The notes under the pieces were generated by a model. That model did no database searches and was not told where the DNA came from. It worked only from the letters and a program-made list of their open reading frames with translations. Source: an uncultured Gemmatimonadaceae bacterium (GTDB taxonomy: Bacteria > Gemmatimonadota > Gemmatimonadetes > Gemmatimonadales > Gemmatimonadaceae). From it: DNA of 64,000 nucleotides. Location: NCBI GenBank assembly GCA_963822945.1, contig CAWGJO010000020.1:800001-864000 (forward strand), read 5' to 3'. The translations under genes were made by a program, and so were the position numbers. This document shows, piece by piece, positions 10,242 to 20,822 of this stretch (position 1 is its first letter; each line of letters begins with the position of its first letter).

Positions 10242-10889
10242 TCATTTCGTGCCGAAAAGCCGGTCACCGGCGTCACCGAGGCCGGGAAGGATGTAGCCGT
10301 GTTCGTTGAGCTGGCGATCGAGCGAGGCACAGAACACCAGGACGTCGGGATGAGACGCCGCCAGGCGGCGCACGCCTTCCGGCGCCGCGACGAGGCACAG
10401 GAACCGGATGCGCATAGCGCCCGCGCGCTTGAGTGACGCGACGGCAGCAACCGCACTGCCGCCGGTGGCGAGCATCGGGTCGAGCAGAAAGAAATCCCGC
10501 TCGGCAGCGTCGCTGGGAACCTTGAAGTAATAGTCCACCGGCTTCAGCGTGTCGTGATCGCGATAGAGGCCGATATGACCGACGCGCGCTGAAGGCACGA
10601 GGCGGCAGATACCCTCGACCATGCCGAGCCCGGCTCGAAGAATCGGGACGAGCGTCAGCTTCTTGCCCATGACGCGCTGACCGGTGGTGCTCTCCAATGG
10701 AGTCTCGACGGGGGCCGGTTCGAGCGGTAGGTCGGCCGTGGCTTCATAGGCCATCAAGGTTGCGATCTCGTCCACCAGCTCCTTGAAGATCTTGGTCGGA
10801 GTGGCGAGGTCGCGAAGCAGGGTCAACTTGTGCTGAACCAACGGGTGATCCACCACGCGCAACGTGGGGAAGTCGGGGGTGGTGTGCAT
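10242..10889 (-). CDS. upp: Uracil phosphoribosyltransferase
   Basis: [44 protein letters not shown]; start placed at ATG 10889. Confidence 0.97.
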   Translation of the reverse strand: MHTTPDFPTLRVVDHPLVQHKLTLLRDLATPTKIFKELVDEIATLMAYEATADLPLEPAPVETPLESTTGQRVMGKKLTLVPILRAGLGMVEGICRLVPSARVGHIGLYRDHDTLKPVDYYFKVPSDAAERDFFLLDPMLATGGSAVAAVASLKRAGAMRIRFLCLVAAPEGVRRLAASHPDVLVFCASLDRQLNEHGYILPGLGDAGDRLFGTK

Positions 10890-10916
10890 GGCGCGCAAGG
10901 TACTATCTTCGCCGGC

Positions 10917-11093
10917 ATGAAAGAATACCAGGCGGTCGTCGTGCGCCTGACGCGACACGTGCGGGATGACGAGGACACCTTGACCGACCTGCTGAACGAA
11001 CGCAGTCGGTCGGGATGGGAGCCGGCGATGATCTCGCAGGATGGTGAACGGCTGACCGTGGTGTTCCAACGACCGAGCGATCGGGAATCGTGA
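10917..11093 (+). CDS. Small protein, DUF4177-like
   Basis: MKEYQAVVV...[10 protein letters not shown]...VVFQRP matches the EY-LN-GWE-FxR pattern; ends 1 nt before the next gene. Confidence 0.6.
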   Translation: MKEYQAVVVRLTRHVRDDEDTLTDLLNERSRSGWEPAMISQDGERLTVVFQRPSDRES

Positions 11094-11094
11094 C

Positions 11095-12477
11095 GTGAAG
11101 GTCACGGTCCGTGGCGCCGCTCGCGAAGTCACGGGGTCGTGCCACCTGCTGGAGGTCGGCAAACGCACTGTTGCTCTGGACTGCGGGCTCTTCCAGGGGC
11201 ATCGCGGCGAGAGCAATCGGAAGAACGTCGCACTGCCGCTTCCAGTTGAACAGATCGATGCAATCGTGCTGTCGCACGCGCACATCGACCATTCCGGCCG
11301 GCTGCCATATCTGGTTCGCAAAGGCTATTCAAAAGTGGTGTGGACAACGCCCGCCACCAGAGACCTGTGCTCCTTGATGCTCGCGGACTCCGCTCACATA
11401 CAGAAGAAGGACGCTGAGTTCCTCAAGCGTCACCATCGGAGCTATATAGAGCCACTATATGATCAGGACGATGTTTCCCGTCTACTGGAACTGATGCAGA
11501 CGGTGCCGTACGGGCGGTCGTTCGAGGTAATTCCAGGCGTCGAGGGGCGCTTTCTCGATGCCGGACACATTCTCGGGTCTGCCATCACGGTGCTGGATTG
11601 TCGAGAAAACCGGGTCCGCCGCCGCCTTGTGTATACCGGAGACCTGGGACGCACCGGGCAGCCCATCATCCGGGATCCGCAGATACCGGACCTGGTGGAT
11701 CATGTCCTTCTCGAATCCACATACGGCAACCGGATTCATCCGAAAACGGGAGACATGCGAAAGGAGTTGGGTGCAATCGTACGAGCAACGGCAAGCCGGG
11801 GTGGGCGGGTGCTCATTCCGGCATTTGCGGTGGGACGAACCCAGGAGATCATCTACGATCTCCACGTACTTCTGCAGGAAGGTGGGATACCGGAGATCCC
11901 GATCTACGTGGACAGCCCGCTCGCGATCGATGTCACCGGCGTATTCGCGATGCATCGCGAGGTCTTCGATCGCACGGAGGCATTGGTGAACGAGAGCCCC
12001 CGGTTGTTCAGCTTCCCGCTGGTCCGATACACCCGGGATGTCGAGGAATCGAAAGCGCTCAACGCCCTGAAGACACCGGCCGTGATCATTGCCGCATCAG
12101 GGATGGCGGAATCCGGACGCATCCTGCACCATCTGGCGCACGGAGCTCCGGATTCGCGCAATACCATTCTCATCGTCGGATTCCAGGCGGAGCATACCCT
12201 GGGGCGGCGGATCGTCGAACGTCGGCCCGAGCTGCGAATCCTGGGAGACGACGTACCCCTCCGCGCGGAAGTCCAGGTCCTGAACGGCTACAGCGCGCAC
12301 GCGGACCGCGACGAGATGGTTCGATGGCTGACGGCGACGACGAACGCTTCGCGCCACCGGCCGGCGGTGACGCTGGTGCATGGGGAACCGGAAGTGCAGG
12401 ACGACTTCGCCGCGACACTGCGGGGACTGGGGTACGAGACCACGGTACCGGCGTTCGGCGAAAGCGTAACGATCTAA
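11095..12477 (+). CDS. MBL-fold beta-CASP metallo-hydrolase (RNase-like)
   Basis: [37 protein letters not shown]. Confidence 0.92.
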   Translation: MKVTVRGAAREVTGSCHLLEVGKRTVALDCGLFQGHRGESNRKNVALPLPVEQIDAIVLSHAHIDHSGRLPYLVRKGYSKVVWTTPATRDLCSLMLADSAHIQKKDAEFLKRHHRSYIEPLYDQDDVSRLLELMQTVPYGRSFEVIPGVEGRFLDAGHILGSAITVLDCRENRVRRRLVYTGDLGRTGQPIIRDPQIPDLVDHVLLESTYGNRIHPKTGDMRKELGAIVRATASRGGRVLIPAFAVGRTQEIIYDLHVLLQEGGIPEIPIYVDSPLAIDVTGVFAMHREVFDRTEALVNESPRLFSFPLVRYTRDVEESKALNALKTPAVIIAASGMAESGRILHHLAHGAPDSRNTILIVGFQAEHTLGRRIVERRPELRILGDDVPLRAEVQVLNGYSAHADRDEMVRWLTATTNASRHRPAVTLVHGEPEVQDDFAATLRGLGYETTVPAFGESVTI

Positions 12478-12479
12478 TC

Positions 12480-13073
12480 GTGTCGCGATCGACGCAGGGA
12501 TCCGGCAATGCCGGCCAGGCCGGCGAGGCGCGCGAGCGGATTCTCGAGATCGCGCGCGAGGAAGTCAGCCGGGGGGGCTGGGCGGCCGCAACCTCGGGCC
12601 GGGTGGCGCAGCGGGCGGGAGTGAGCAAGGCGCTGATCCATTATCACTTTCAGGACAAGGAGTCGCTTCTGAGAGCCGTCGCCGTCCAATGCCGCGACGG
12701 AGTCGTCAAAAGAGGCTCACGGACCATGGCGCCGGTTCGGCATGCAAATCCGGTTGATGGATTCGCCGACTGGCTGGAGTCGGAACTGTCGGCGCGAGAC
12801 CTGCGCATCGCTCTCCAGTTGAAAGCATCCGGAATTCCCGGCGTGGCGCGTGCTGCCGATGAGGCAGTGGCCGCTGTCCGTGTGGAGCTGGCGCAACGGG
12901 TAGACACCGTGTTCAGGGTCCTGGGGGTGGCACCGACCATTCCGTCGGACTCAATAGGCGACTTGCTGATGGCGGTGGCTACAGGCCTTGCGCTGGTACC
13001 GACCGAACCCGTCGCGCGGCGGCGCCGAATGGTGGAGAGTGTGTGGTTGGGTTTGCTCTCGGCGAGCGATTAG
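12480..13073 (+). CDS. TetR/AcrR-family regulator
   Basis: RERILEIA...VAQRAGVSKALIHYHFQDKESL; GTG start inferred. Confidence 0.85.
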   Translation: MSRSTQGSGNAGQAGEARERILEIAREEVSRGGWAAATSGRVAQRAGVSKALIHYHFQDKESLLRAVAVQCRDGVVKRGSRTMAPVRHANPVDGFADWLESELSARDLRIALQLKASGIPGVARAADEAVAAVRVELAQRVDTVFRVLGVAPTIPSDSIGDLLMAVATGLALVPTEPVARRRRMVESVWLGLLSASD

Positions 13074-13122
13074 AGGTCCGGTCACTTCCCGGGGCCGGGA
13101 CGCTGCCACTAGCTTGTCGCAG

Positions 13123-13737
13123 ATGCAGCCGAGGCGCCCCTCTCCCTGGAAACGTGGTTCCGCTGTCCTAGTGACCGCCCTGGGGGTGGGATGGATCATC
13201 TCACTGGCTCTCGTGGTGGTCTGGGGGCGGCGCGACACCGCGCATCATGCGGGGGCAATCGTAGTACTCGGGGCAGCGCAATACGTGGGCCATCCGTCGC
13301 CGGTTCTGCGCGCACGCTTGGAGCACGCGGTTGCTCTATGGCGGCAGGGGCTGGCGCCGCGGATGGTGCTCACCGGCGGCACTGGAGAAGGTGATACCAC
13401 CAGCGAAGCAGCCGTGAGCCGGCATTTTGTGGTTGAGCAGGGCGTTCCGGACTCTGCGATCCTGCTGGAAGCCAAGGGACGCACGACGTCGGAGTCGCTC
13501 CGCGCAGTTGCCGCGATGATGAAGGCGCAGCGGTCAGATACGGTGATTCTGGTGAGCGACCCGTTCCATATGTTGCGTCTGACGATCCTGGCGCGGCGAT
13601 TCGGACTCGTGGCGTTGCTCTCGCCAACGGCCACGAGTCCGATATCAGATAGTTGGAAAGAACGGTGGGAATACCGGATGAGCGAATCGCTCAAGGTGCC
13701 ACTGGCATTCCTGACCACTCGCTCCGGTATCGATTAG
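13123..13737 (+). CDS. YdcF/DUF218 family membrane protein
   Basis: N-terminal TM, AIVVLGA, LTGG, SEA, VSDPFHMLR. Confidence 0.85.
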   Translation: MQPRRPSPWKRGSAVLVTALGVGWIISLALVVVWGRRDTAHHAGAIVVLGAAQYVGHPSPVLRARLEHAVALWRQGLAPRMVLTGGTGEGDTTSEAAVSRHFVVEQGVPDSAILLEAKGRTTSESLRAVAAMMKAQRSDTVILVSDPFHMLRLTILARRFGLVALLSPTATSPISDSWKERWEYRMSESLKVPLAFLTTRSGID

Positions 13738-13832
13738 TAGCATATCGACACCAAATCCGATTCTGCAGCCCCCGGGGTCACGACGTGATGGCGGGGGTTC
13801 CTGTGGTGTAAACAGGGGGACAATTTCCACGA

Positions 13833-15146
13833 ATGCAAATCCCGATTGAGACATTCCGGCTTGCGAACGGGCTACTGGTGACGCTGTCCGAAGACCATAC
13901 GGCGCCGATCGTGGGTGTGAATCTCTGGTACCATGTGGGCTCCGCCAACGAACGGGCAGGACGTACGGGATTCGCCCATCTCTTCGAGCACATGTTGTTC
14001 CAGGGCTCGGCGGATGTGGGCGCCAATGAGCACTTCGAACTCATTCAGCGAGCGGGTGGGACGCTGAACGGCTCGACGTGGCTGGATCGGACGAACTACT
14101 TCGAGGTCGTGCCATCCAACCAGACGGAACTGGTGATGTGGCTGGAAGCGAATCGCATGGGGAAGCTGCTGCCCGCGATGACCCAGGAGAAGCTCGATAC
14201 CCAACGCGACGTCGTAAAGAACGAACGGCGTTGGTCAGTGGACAATCAACCCTACGGAACGTGGTGGGAACGGCTGCCGGCGCTGTGCTTTCCGGCGGGC
14301 CATCCGTTTCACCATTCTCTGATCGGATCGATGCAGGACCTGTCGCAGGCGAGTCTCGACGACATCGCGGAGTTCTTCCGGACCTACTATACGCCCGACA
14401 ATGCCGTGCTCTCGATTGCCGGCGATTTCGAACCGTCCATAGTGCGGGTGTGGGTGGAGAAGTACTTCGGCGAGATCCCTCGTGGGCCCGGAAACGCCAA
14501 CCGGCCCTCCATGGAAGTAGCGCCGATATTCGGCGGATGGCTCCGCGAAGAGGTACAGGACGACGTGGCACTGCCGCGGCTGTTCATGGCGTTCCGGTCG
14601 CCCGTGTTCGGCAGCGATGACTACTACCCGGCGAGCATCTGCGGAGCGGTGTTGGGCTTGCGCAACGGAAGCCGGCTGTACCGGCGTCTGGTGCGGGAGC
14701 AAGAAATTGCCGCCGAGGCGACCGCCTTCACGTTCGACCTGCCGAAGGGGAGCGATCTGCTCGTACTCGACGTGACTGCGCGTCCCGAGGTCTCCCCGGA
14801 CGCACTGCACGATGCGGTGGCGGCCGAGGTGGACACGCTGCGCCGTGAAGGGGTAACGGCAGCCGAAGTATCTCGCGCGGCAGCGTTGATCGAAACCGAA
14901 TTGGTAGGTGCTCTGCAGTCCGCCGGTGATCGCGCCGACCGCCTTTCGATGTTCGCCACGTACTTTGGGCGGCCGGAACTGCTGAACGAACAGATGTCGC
15001 GCTATCAGCAGGTCACGCCGGACACCGTGAACGCCTTCATTCAGGAACGGCTGGGTGAGGACAACCGGGCGAGTCTGCTGTACGTACCCCGCGGCGCGGA
15101 TGAAGCGGCCACCCCGGACGATGCTGAAGTGGAGGAACTCCGATGA
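13833..15146 (+). CDS. M16 family metallopeptidase, catalytic subunit
   Basis: Inverted zincin motif HLFEH, NGSTWLDRTNY, YYTPDNAVL. Confidence 0.93.
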   Translation: MQIPIETFRLANGLLVTLSEDHTAPIVGVNLWYHVGSANERAGRTGFAHLFEHMLFQGSADVGANEHFELIQRAGGTLNGSTWLDRTNYFEVVPSNQTELVMWLEANRMGKLLPAMTQEKLDTQRDVVKNERRWSVDNQPYGTWWERLPALCFPAGHPFHHSLIGSMQDLSQASLDDIAEFFRTYYTPDNAVLSIAGDFEPSIVRVWVEKYFGEIPRGPGNANRPSMEVAPIFGGWLREEVQDDVALPRLFMAFRSPVFGSDDYYPASICGAVLGLRNGSRLYRRLVREQEIAAEATAFTFDLPKGSDLLVLDVTARPEVSPDALHDAVAAEVDTLRREGVTAAEVSRAAALIETELVGALQSAGDRADRLSMFATYFGRPELLNEQMSRYQQVTPDTVNAFIQERLGEDNRASLLYVPRGADEAATPDDAEVEELR

Positions 15147-16519
15147 CTGCCGGTGCACCCGTTCGTCCCGCCGCCGGCACTGCCCGGCCCTACCACTTTC
15201 CTGCATTCGAGCGCCGGCGGCTCAAGAGTGGAGTGGAACTGATCACCGCTCCCGTCAGAAAGCTCCCGATGGTGTCGATCGTCGCCCAGCTGGATGCGGG
15301 TGCCACATGCGATCCGGCCGGTCGCGAGGGGTTGGCCATCCTGACCGCGAAGCTGCTGATGGAGGGAACTGCGACGTCCGACGGAGCAGCGCTCGTGGAC
15401 GCGTTCGAACAACTCGGCGCGACCGTGGACGTAAGTGCCGGATGGGACAGCGCTTCGGTACAGCTGTCCGTACTGCGCGGAAAGGCCGCCGCTGCGCTGC
15501 AATTGCTGAGCGACGTGCTGCGCACCCCAGCCTTCCGCGATCGTGACGTGGCGCGGCTCAAGGCGGAACGACAGGGAGAGCGCATGCAGATGCGGACCGA
15601 ACCACGGGAACTGGCGGACGAGTCGTTCGAGCACTTTCTGTACGCAGCACAGTCTCGATACTCACGCAGCGATGCGGGGAGCGCACGCTCGATCGGCAGC
15701 ATACAGCGCGACGACCTGCTGACGTTCTACCGCGCGCAGTACGTCCCGGCGAGAATGACGCTGATCATGGCGGGCGACATCGACCACGATGAAGCCGCGA
15801 CGATGGCGGAGAACGCCTTCGCGGGGTGGAGCGGTGACCCGACCGAAACCCCGACCATATCCGAGCAACCGGCAAGCCGCGCGTCGCGCATTCGGATCGT
15901 CGCCAAGTCGGACGCACCGCAGTCGGAACTGCGCATCGGGCACCTCGGCGTTCCGCGCCAGCATCCCGATTACTTCAAGCTGGTGGTGATGAACGCAGTA
16001 CTGGGCGGGCTGTTCTCGTCGCGCATCAACCTCAACCTCCGCGAGCGGCACGGATACGCCTACGGCGCCAGGTCGGCATTCGACTGGCGGCGGGGAACCG
16101 GCCCGTTCGTGGTTTCGACGGCGGTAGAGAGCCGAGTGAGCGCTGATGCGACGCGCGAAGTCGTGGCCGAGATCGAGGCGATTCGAAAGGCACCGATCAG
16201 CCCTGACGAGTTGAGCCTGGCGACGAGTTTTCTGGAAGGCGTCTTTCCCATTCGGTTCGAGACGACGATGGCGATCGCCAACGCACTTGCCAACCTCGTC
16301 ACCTACGAATATCCGGCGGATTACTTCGATACGTACCGACAGAACATCGGCGCCGTTACCACGGCAGACGTGCTCGAGGCAGCGCAGCGGCACCTGCATC
16401 CGGAGCAACTCCTGGTACTTGCCGTGGGTGATCCGGACGTCATCGAACGCCCACTCGAAGCGCTCGGGCTGGGACCGGTGGCCGTCGCGCAACCCGATGA
16501 CGTCGAGCCAGGCGCATGA
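15143..16519 (+). CDS. M16 family peptidase, non-catalytic partner subunit
   Basis: Lacks HxxEH; has LGGLFSSRINLNLRERHGYAY; overlaps the upstream gene (ATGA). Confidence 0.9.
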   Translation: MTAGAPVRPAAGTARPYHFPAFERRRLKSGVELITAPVRKLPMVSIVAQLDAGATCDPAGREGLAILTAKLLMEGTATSDGAALVDAFEQLGATVDVSAGWDSASVQLSVLRGKAAAALQLLSDVLRTPAFRDRDVARLKAERQGERMQMRTEPRELADESFEHFLYAAQSRYSRSDAGSARSIGSIQRDDLLTFYRAQYVPARMTLIMAGDIDHDEAATMAENAFAGWSGDPTETPTISEQPASRASRIRIVAKSDAPQSELRIGHLGVPRQHPDYFKLVVMNAVLGGLFSSRINLNLRERHGYAYGARSAFDWRRGTGPFVVSTAVESRVSADATREVVAEIEAIRKAPISPDELSLATSFLEGVFPIRFETTMAIANALANLVTYEYPADYFDTYRQNIGAVTTADVLEAAQRHLHPEQLLVLAVGDPDVIERPLEALGLGPVAVAQPDDVEPGA

Positions 16520-17106
16520 GCAAGGCGCCCGGTGACAACACGCGCACGGGAAAGGCGGCAACGCGTCGCGTATACACAGGTCGTGTGATCAATCTGGACG
16601 TCGATACCGTACGCTTTCCCGACGGGAGCCTCGGGGAACTGGAAATGATCCGGCATCCCGGCGCGAGCGCCATCGTGCCGATTCTCGGAGAGCCGAACGC
16701 ACCGGATCCACAACTCGTCCTGATTCGCCAGTATCGATACGCCGCAGGCGGGTATCTGTACGAAATCCCGGCCGGCCGGCTGGATGCAGGAGAGTCCCCG
16801 GCCGACTGCGCAGCCCGCGAACTGACCGAAGAAACCGGATATCGAGCGGCGCAGATCGAGCACCTGTACACGATGTTCACAACCCCCGGCTTTACCGACG
16901 AGTGCATTCACGTCTTTCGGGCCACGCAATTGCGTGAGGGCGCGTCGGCGCGGGAGCCCGACGAATTCATGAGCATCGAACCCATGCCGTTGTCGCGAGC
17001 GATGGAACTGATCCGCACGGGTGAGATCAGCGACGCCAAGACCGCGCTGGCCATCCTGTATGCCGCGCAATTCGGCCTTTCGCCAAAGCAGACAACTGCC
17101 AACTAA
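16516..17106 (+). CDS. NUDIX hydrolase (ADP-ribose pyrophosphatase-like)
   Basis: Nudix box GRLDAGESPADCAARELTEETG; RQYRY; TPG; DAKT. Confidence 0.92.
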   Translation: MSKAPGDNTRTGKAATRRVYTGRVINLDVDTVRFPDGSLGELEMIRHPGASAIVPILGEPNAPDPQLVLIRQYRYAAGGYLYEIPAGRLDAGESPADCAARELTEETGYRAAQIEHLYTMFTTPGFTDECIHVFRATQLREGASAREPDEFMSIEPMPLSRAMELIRTGEISDAKTALAILYAAQFGLSPKQTTAN

Positions 17107-17196
17107 CCATATTGAGGGTTAGCCAGAACGGTTCCTGAATTGTATACAGGAAGGGTCAGTTCTGGTGGTGTTGTCCATAATCGAGGACAAACAGAC

Positions 17197-17222
17197 AGCC
17201 GCGCCGCAAGCGCGGCTTTTTT
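17197..17222 (+). terminator. Intrinsic terminator
   Basis: AGCCGCGC-CGCAA-GCGCGGCT followed by a T-tract. Confidence 0.8.
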
Positions 17223-17376
17223 GTAACTCTATATATGGCAACGACATAAGAGAAGACAGGTGGAGTTCCATCGACGGCATGCGACGTGCAATTCTCTCAT
17301 GTGCAATGCGGGAGGATCAGTGGAGCAGCGCTGGCTTCCCACGACACAGCGGTCACGTACGAAGAGGAGCACACCG

Positions 17377-18012
17377 ATGCCCGAACTCGCACTCAAGTAC
17401 CAAGCCCTCCGGAAGCCGTCGAGCCGAGAAGCGCTCCACGACGCCGACGATACGGTCGTAGTGCGAGCCTTCCTGGCGGGAGAGGAACGCGCCTTCCAGG
17501 AGCTGGTGGAGCGCTACCAGACCCGGTTGCTGAACTTCATCTATCGGACGATCGGGGATCGCGAACGCGCTGAGGACCTGGTGCAGGAAGTCTTCATTCG
17601 CGTCTATCGGCACATCCACCGGTTCGACACGTCCAAGAAGTTCTCGACGTGGATCTACACCATCGCCTCGAATCTGGCGAAGAACGAACTGCGGAATCGC
17701 TCACGCAATCCGTTGATTCTATTCCAGACGATCACGAACAATCGGGAAGAAGGGGAGCGTCCGCTTCAATTCGAGGACTTCACCAGCCGGCCGGACGATC
17801 TGTTCGAGAAGCGGCATCTCCGGCAGCTCGTCGAGGAGACAGTGGATCAGCTTCCCGAGCACCACCGGCAGGTGTTCGTGTTGCGCGAGATCGAGGGTAA
17901 GTCGTACGAAGAGATCGCGGAGATCACCGACTGCAATCTGGGAACGGTGAAATCACGGCTGAACCGGGCGCGCAATGCGTTCGCGGCGATCATCGAACCG
18001 ATGATTGGATAG
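17377..18012 (+). CDS. ECF sigma factor (RpoE/SigW-like)
   Basis: AEDLVQEVF, FSTWIYTIA, SYEEIAE...GTVKSRLNRAR; GAGGAG SD before ATG 17377. Confidence 0.93.
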   Translation: MPELALKYQALRKPSSREALHDADDTVVVRAFLAGEERAFQELVERYQTRLLNFIYRTIGDRERAEDLVQEVFIRVYRHIHRFDTSKKFSTWIYTIASNLAKNELRNRSRNPLILFQTITNNREEGERPLQFEDFTSRPDDLFEKRHLRQLVEETVDQLPEHHRQVFVLREIEGKSYEEIAEITDCNLGTVKSRLNRARNAFAAIIEPMIG

Positions 18013-18193
18013 GCAATAACCGTCAATGCCGGCCACAGAGGTTATGCGGGCGGTCAGGTAACAAGGGAAATCGAGAATCGCGATGAGCGTCTCCGCAAAG
18101 GCGGAGGCGCTCATCGGCGCAGCGACGGGGTTGGGAACCGGCCTCGCGCTGCCGGGTATCCCGGGCAGAGTGTCCTCCGGCCCACCGGGATCC

Positions 18194-18745
18194 ATGAACT
18201 GTCGCACCTTCCGCAAATCGCACGTGGCTTTCGTAGACGGCCTGCTAGCCGAGAGGCGGTCCGCGAAGATGTACGCGCATCTGGACCGGTGCGACCGGTG
18301 TGCTCGGCTGGACACAGCGGTGCGACGGGGACTTCTGGTGGCTCGCAACCTGCCGCAGATCCAGCCTTCGGCCGACTTCATGTCCCGGCTGCAGATGCGA
18401 CTGCACACCCCGGATGCTCAATGGCCCGCGCGCCCGGCGGCAAAAGCGCCCCGCATCATGGTCAGGCTCGGTACGGCCGTCGCGGTAGCGGTCGGTGTGG
18501 TCTTCGTACTGTATTCGTGGAGCCAGCCGGCCCCGCTCCCTGTCGCGCCACACGACGCTGTAGTCGCGGAAGCACAGGCGGGACGCAATATTCCGCGCCG
18601 CGCCCAACCCGCGGCGAGCAGCTCGGGATTGGAGGGATCGCTCGCGACCACGGTGCCTGCGTTGTTTCCCGGTGTGGCGGCCGGTGAGTCTGGGGCGCCG
18701 CAGCTGATCGACGCCGCAGCGCACGTACCCAGCCTCTCTCCATAG
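18194..18745 (+). CDS. Anti-sigma factor with zinc-finger (HxxxCxxC) and TM helix
   Basis: MNC...HLDRCDRC, a single TM segment; follows the ECF sigma. Confidence 0.75.
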   Translation: MNCRTFRKSHVAFVDGLLAERRSAKMYAHLDRCDRCARLDTAVRRGLLVARNLPQIQPSADFMSRLQMRLHTPDAQWPARPAAKAPRIMVRLGTAVAVAVGVVFVLYSWSQPAPLPVAPHDAVVAEAQAGRNIPRRAQPAASSSGLEGSLATTVPALFPGVAAGESGAPQLIDAAAHVPSLSP

Positions 18746-18790
18746 CCACGGAGCCCGGCCGACCCGGCGTAGAGGCCGTATATTCCCGGC

Positions 18791-19846
18791 ATGGCGAAGG
18801 CTGCGGACCACCGGGCATTCAAAGCGGCACTCCAAGACCGCCGATTCGATCCCGCCTACTACCTGTACGGCGAGGACGAGTTTCTCAAGGAAACCGCCGT
18901 TCGCCAACTACTGGCGGTGGCCGTCGATCCGACCGTGCAGGCTTTCAATCTGGACCAGCGGAGGGGCGGCGAGCTTCAGGGCGAAGAGCTGGGCGTTCTC
19001 CTCGGAACACCACCAATGATGGCCGAGCGCCGAGTGGTGGTGATTCGTGATGTGGGAGCGCTGCGCAAGGATGCACGAAGCGCGCTCGACCGGTACCTCC
19101 AGGCGCCGTCCCCCGATGCGGTGTTGGTACTCGTGACGACCGGCGGGGAGAAACCGGATAAGAAGCTCACCGATCGGGCGACGGCGGTGGAATACGCCGC
19201 CCTGAGCGGTACGCAACTGCCGAAATGGATCGAGCGCCAAGTGGGAGAGAGCAGCGAAGGCGCCGCGATTACCAAAGAAGCCATCTCGCTGCTCCAGGAC
19301 GTGGCGGGCTCCGATCTGGCTCTGCTCGGCCTCGAAATCGAAAAGTTGCTGAGTTATACGAATGGTGGGACGATTACCGAGGAAGCCGTCACCGCGGTTG
19401 TGGGTGTACGGCGCGAGGAAACACTCGGGCATCTTCTGGACGCAATAGCCCAACGAGATGCATCCACGGCGCTCGCGGCGTTGCCCCTGGTGCTCCAGCA
19501 GCCGAAAACCTCTGCGGTCACGATCGTAATGGCGCTGACGGTGCAGATGCTGGCACTGGCCTGGGGGCAGGCACGGGGCCTTCATCCGGCACGCCTGTCC
19601 AAGGAATACTTCTCGCTGCTGAAGGAAGCCGGGGGGCTCTACACCGGGCGCGCGTGGGGAGAAGCGGTGTCTGCCTGGACGAAGTCGCTGGCACGCTGGA
19701 ACGAATCAGACCTCGACGACGCCCTGGCCGCACTGGTACGGGCCGACGAAGCACTCAAGGAATCACGATTGTCCACGGAGGAGCAACTGCTCTCCACTCT
19801 GATCCTGACACTATGTCGCAAACCGGCACGGCAGAAAGTCGCATGA
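18791..19846 (+). CDS. holA: DNA polymerase III delta subunit
   Basis: YYLYGEDEFL, PMMAERRVVVI, EIEKL. Confidence 0.9.
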   Translation: MAKAADHRAFKAALQDRRFDPAYYLYGEDEFLKETAVRQLLAVAVDPTVQAFNLDQRRGGELQGEELGVLLGTPPMMAERRVVVIRDVGALRKDARSALDRYLQAPSPDAVLVLVTTGGEKPDKKLTDRATAVEYAALSGTQLPKWIERQVGESSEGAAITKEAISLLQDVAGSDLALLGLEIEKLLSYTNGGTITEEAVTAVVGVRREETLGHLLDAIAQRDASTALAALPLVLQQPKTSAVTIVMALTVQMLALAWGQARGLHPARLSKEYFSLLKEAGGLYTGRAWGEAVSAWTKSLARWNESDLDDALAALVRADEALKESRLSTEEQLLSTLILTLCRKPARQKVA

Positions 19847-20817
19847 TGAACTCTGTAAAACCGATGATCTACGGGATCTGCGTCGCGGCACTACTCACGG
19901 GTAGCGCGTCTTCGGCTCGCGCCCAGGGGACCGATACGACGGGGGTACAGTCGGCATCGGCGATGGATTCCGCGTTCGCGCGCGCGCGGTCGCTCGTGAT
20001 TTCCGGGCAGATCGCCGCTGGGCGGACGATCGTGGATTCCATACTCGCGGCGACACCGGTGGGAACTGCGGCGTACGGCGACGCTCTGTACGGACGTGCT
20101 ACGGTGGCGCCGACGGCAGCCGATGCCGCACAGGACTACCGGCGAATCGTGGTGGAGTACCCGCTGTCGGTACATGCCGGAGATGCACTACTCCAACTGG
20201 CGCAGATCGAACGGTCACAAGGCGACCGCGCATCGGCTATCAATCATCTCGAGCGATTTCTCCGCCAGAACCCGGCCAGCACGAAGCGGGCGCGCACCGG
20301 GCTCTGGCTCGCCCAGCTGCTCTTCGAGCAGAACGACGACGTCCGAGCATGCGGAATTCTCGACCAGGCCCGCAGCGTGATTCCGGCCGGCGATGTGGAA
20401 CTTCAGAACCAGATGAACTTCTACACCCCGCGGTGCAATGCGGCGACGGCGCGTGCGCGAGCCGATTCGGTGGCTCGGGCCGACAGCCTGCACGCGGACT
20501 CCGTGCGCAAGGCCCAACAGCGGAGCCGAGCACGCGCGGAACGGACGCCGAAGCAGCCAACGAAAGCCGGCCAGAGCACAACGTCCGGCGCCGGCGGCTA
20601 CTCGGTACAGGTGGGAGCATTCGCGACATCGGCCGAAGCCGAGAAGCTGGCGACGCGTCTACGCGGGCGCGGCCTCGAGGCACGGGTGGACGGCACGCGC
20701 AAGCCATTCAGGGTTCGCGTGGGGCGATACAAGACACGTAGCGAAGCGACCAGCGCACTGGTGCGGCTCAAGAAGGCCGGGATCAACGGATTCGTCACCG
20801 TTCTCGACCAGCGCTGA
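19843..20817 (+). CDS. Exported TPR + SPOR domain protein
   Basis: Signal peptide, TPR-like helices (IVVEYPLS), C-terminal YSVQVGAF...RVRVG. Confidence 0.82.
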   Translation: MMNSVKPMIYGICVAALLTGSASSARAQGTDTTGVQSASAMDSAFARARSLVISGQIAAGRTIVDSILAATPVGTAAYGDALYGRATVAPTAADAAQDYRRIVVEYPLSVHAGDALLQLAQIERSQGDRASAINHLERFLRQNPASTKRARTGLWLAQLLFEQNDDVRACGILDQARSVIPAGDVELQNQMNFYTPRCNAATARARADSVARADSLHADSVRKAQQRSRARAERTPKQPTKAGQSTTSGAGGYSVQVGAFATSAEAEKLATRLRGRGLEARVDGTRKPFRVRVGRYKTRSEATSALVRLKKAGINGFVTVLDQR

Positions 20818-20822
20818 CCGCC

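Noticed and set aside
10890..11321. 144-aa N-terminal extension of upp in the ORF track
   Set aside because: It overlaps two plus-strand genes; UPRTase similarity starts after ATG 10889.
17222..17248. TGTAAC...CGAC as a SigX/W-like promoter or a dif-like palindrome
   Set aside because: The spacing is 14 rather than about 16 nt and the palindrome arms match poorly; too weak to call.
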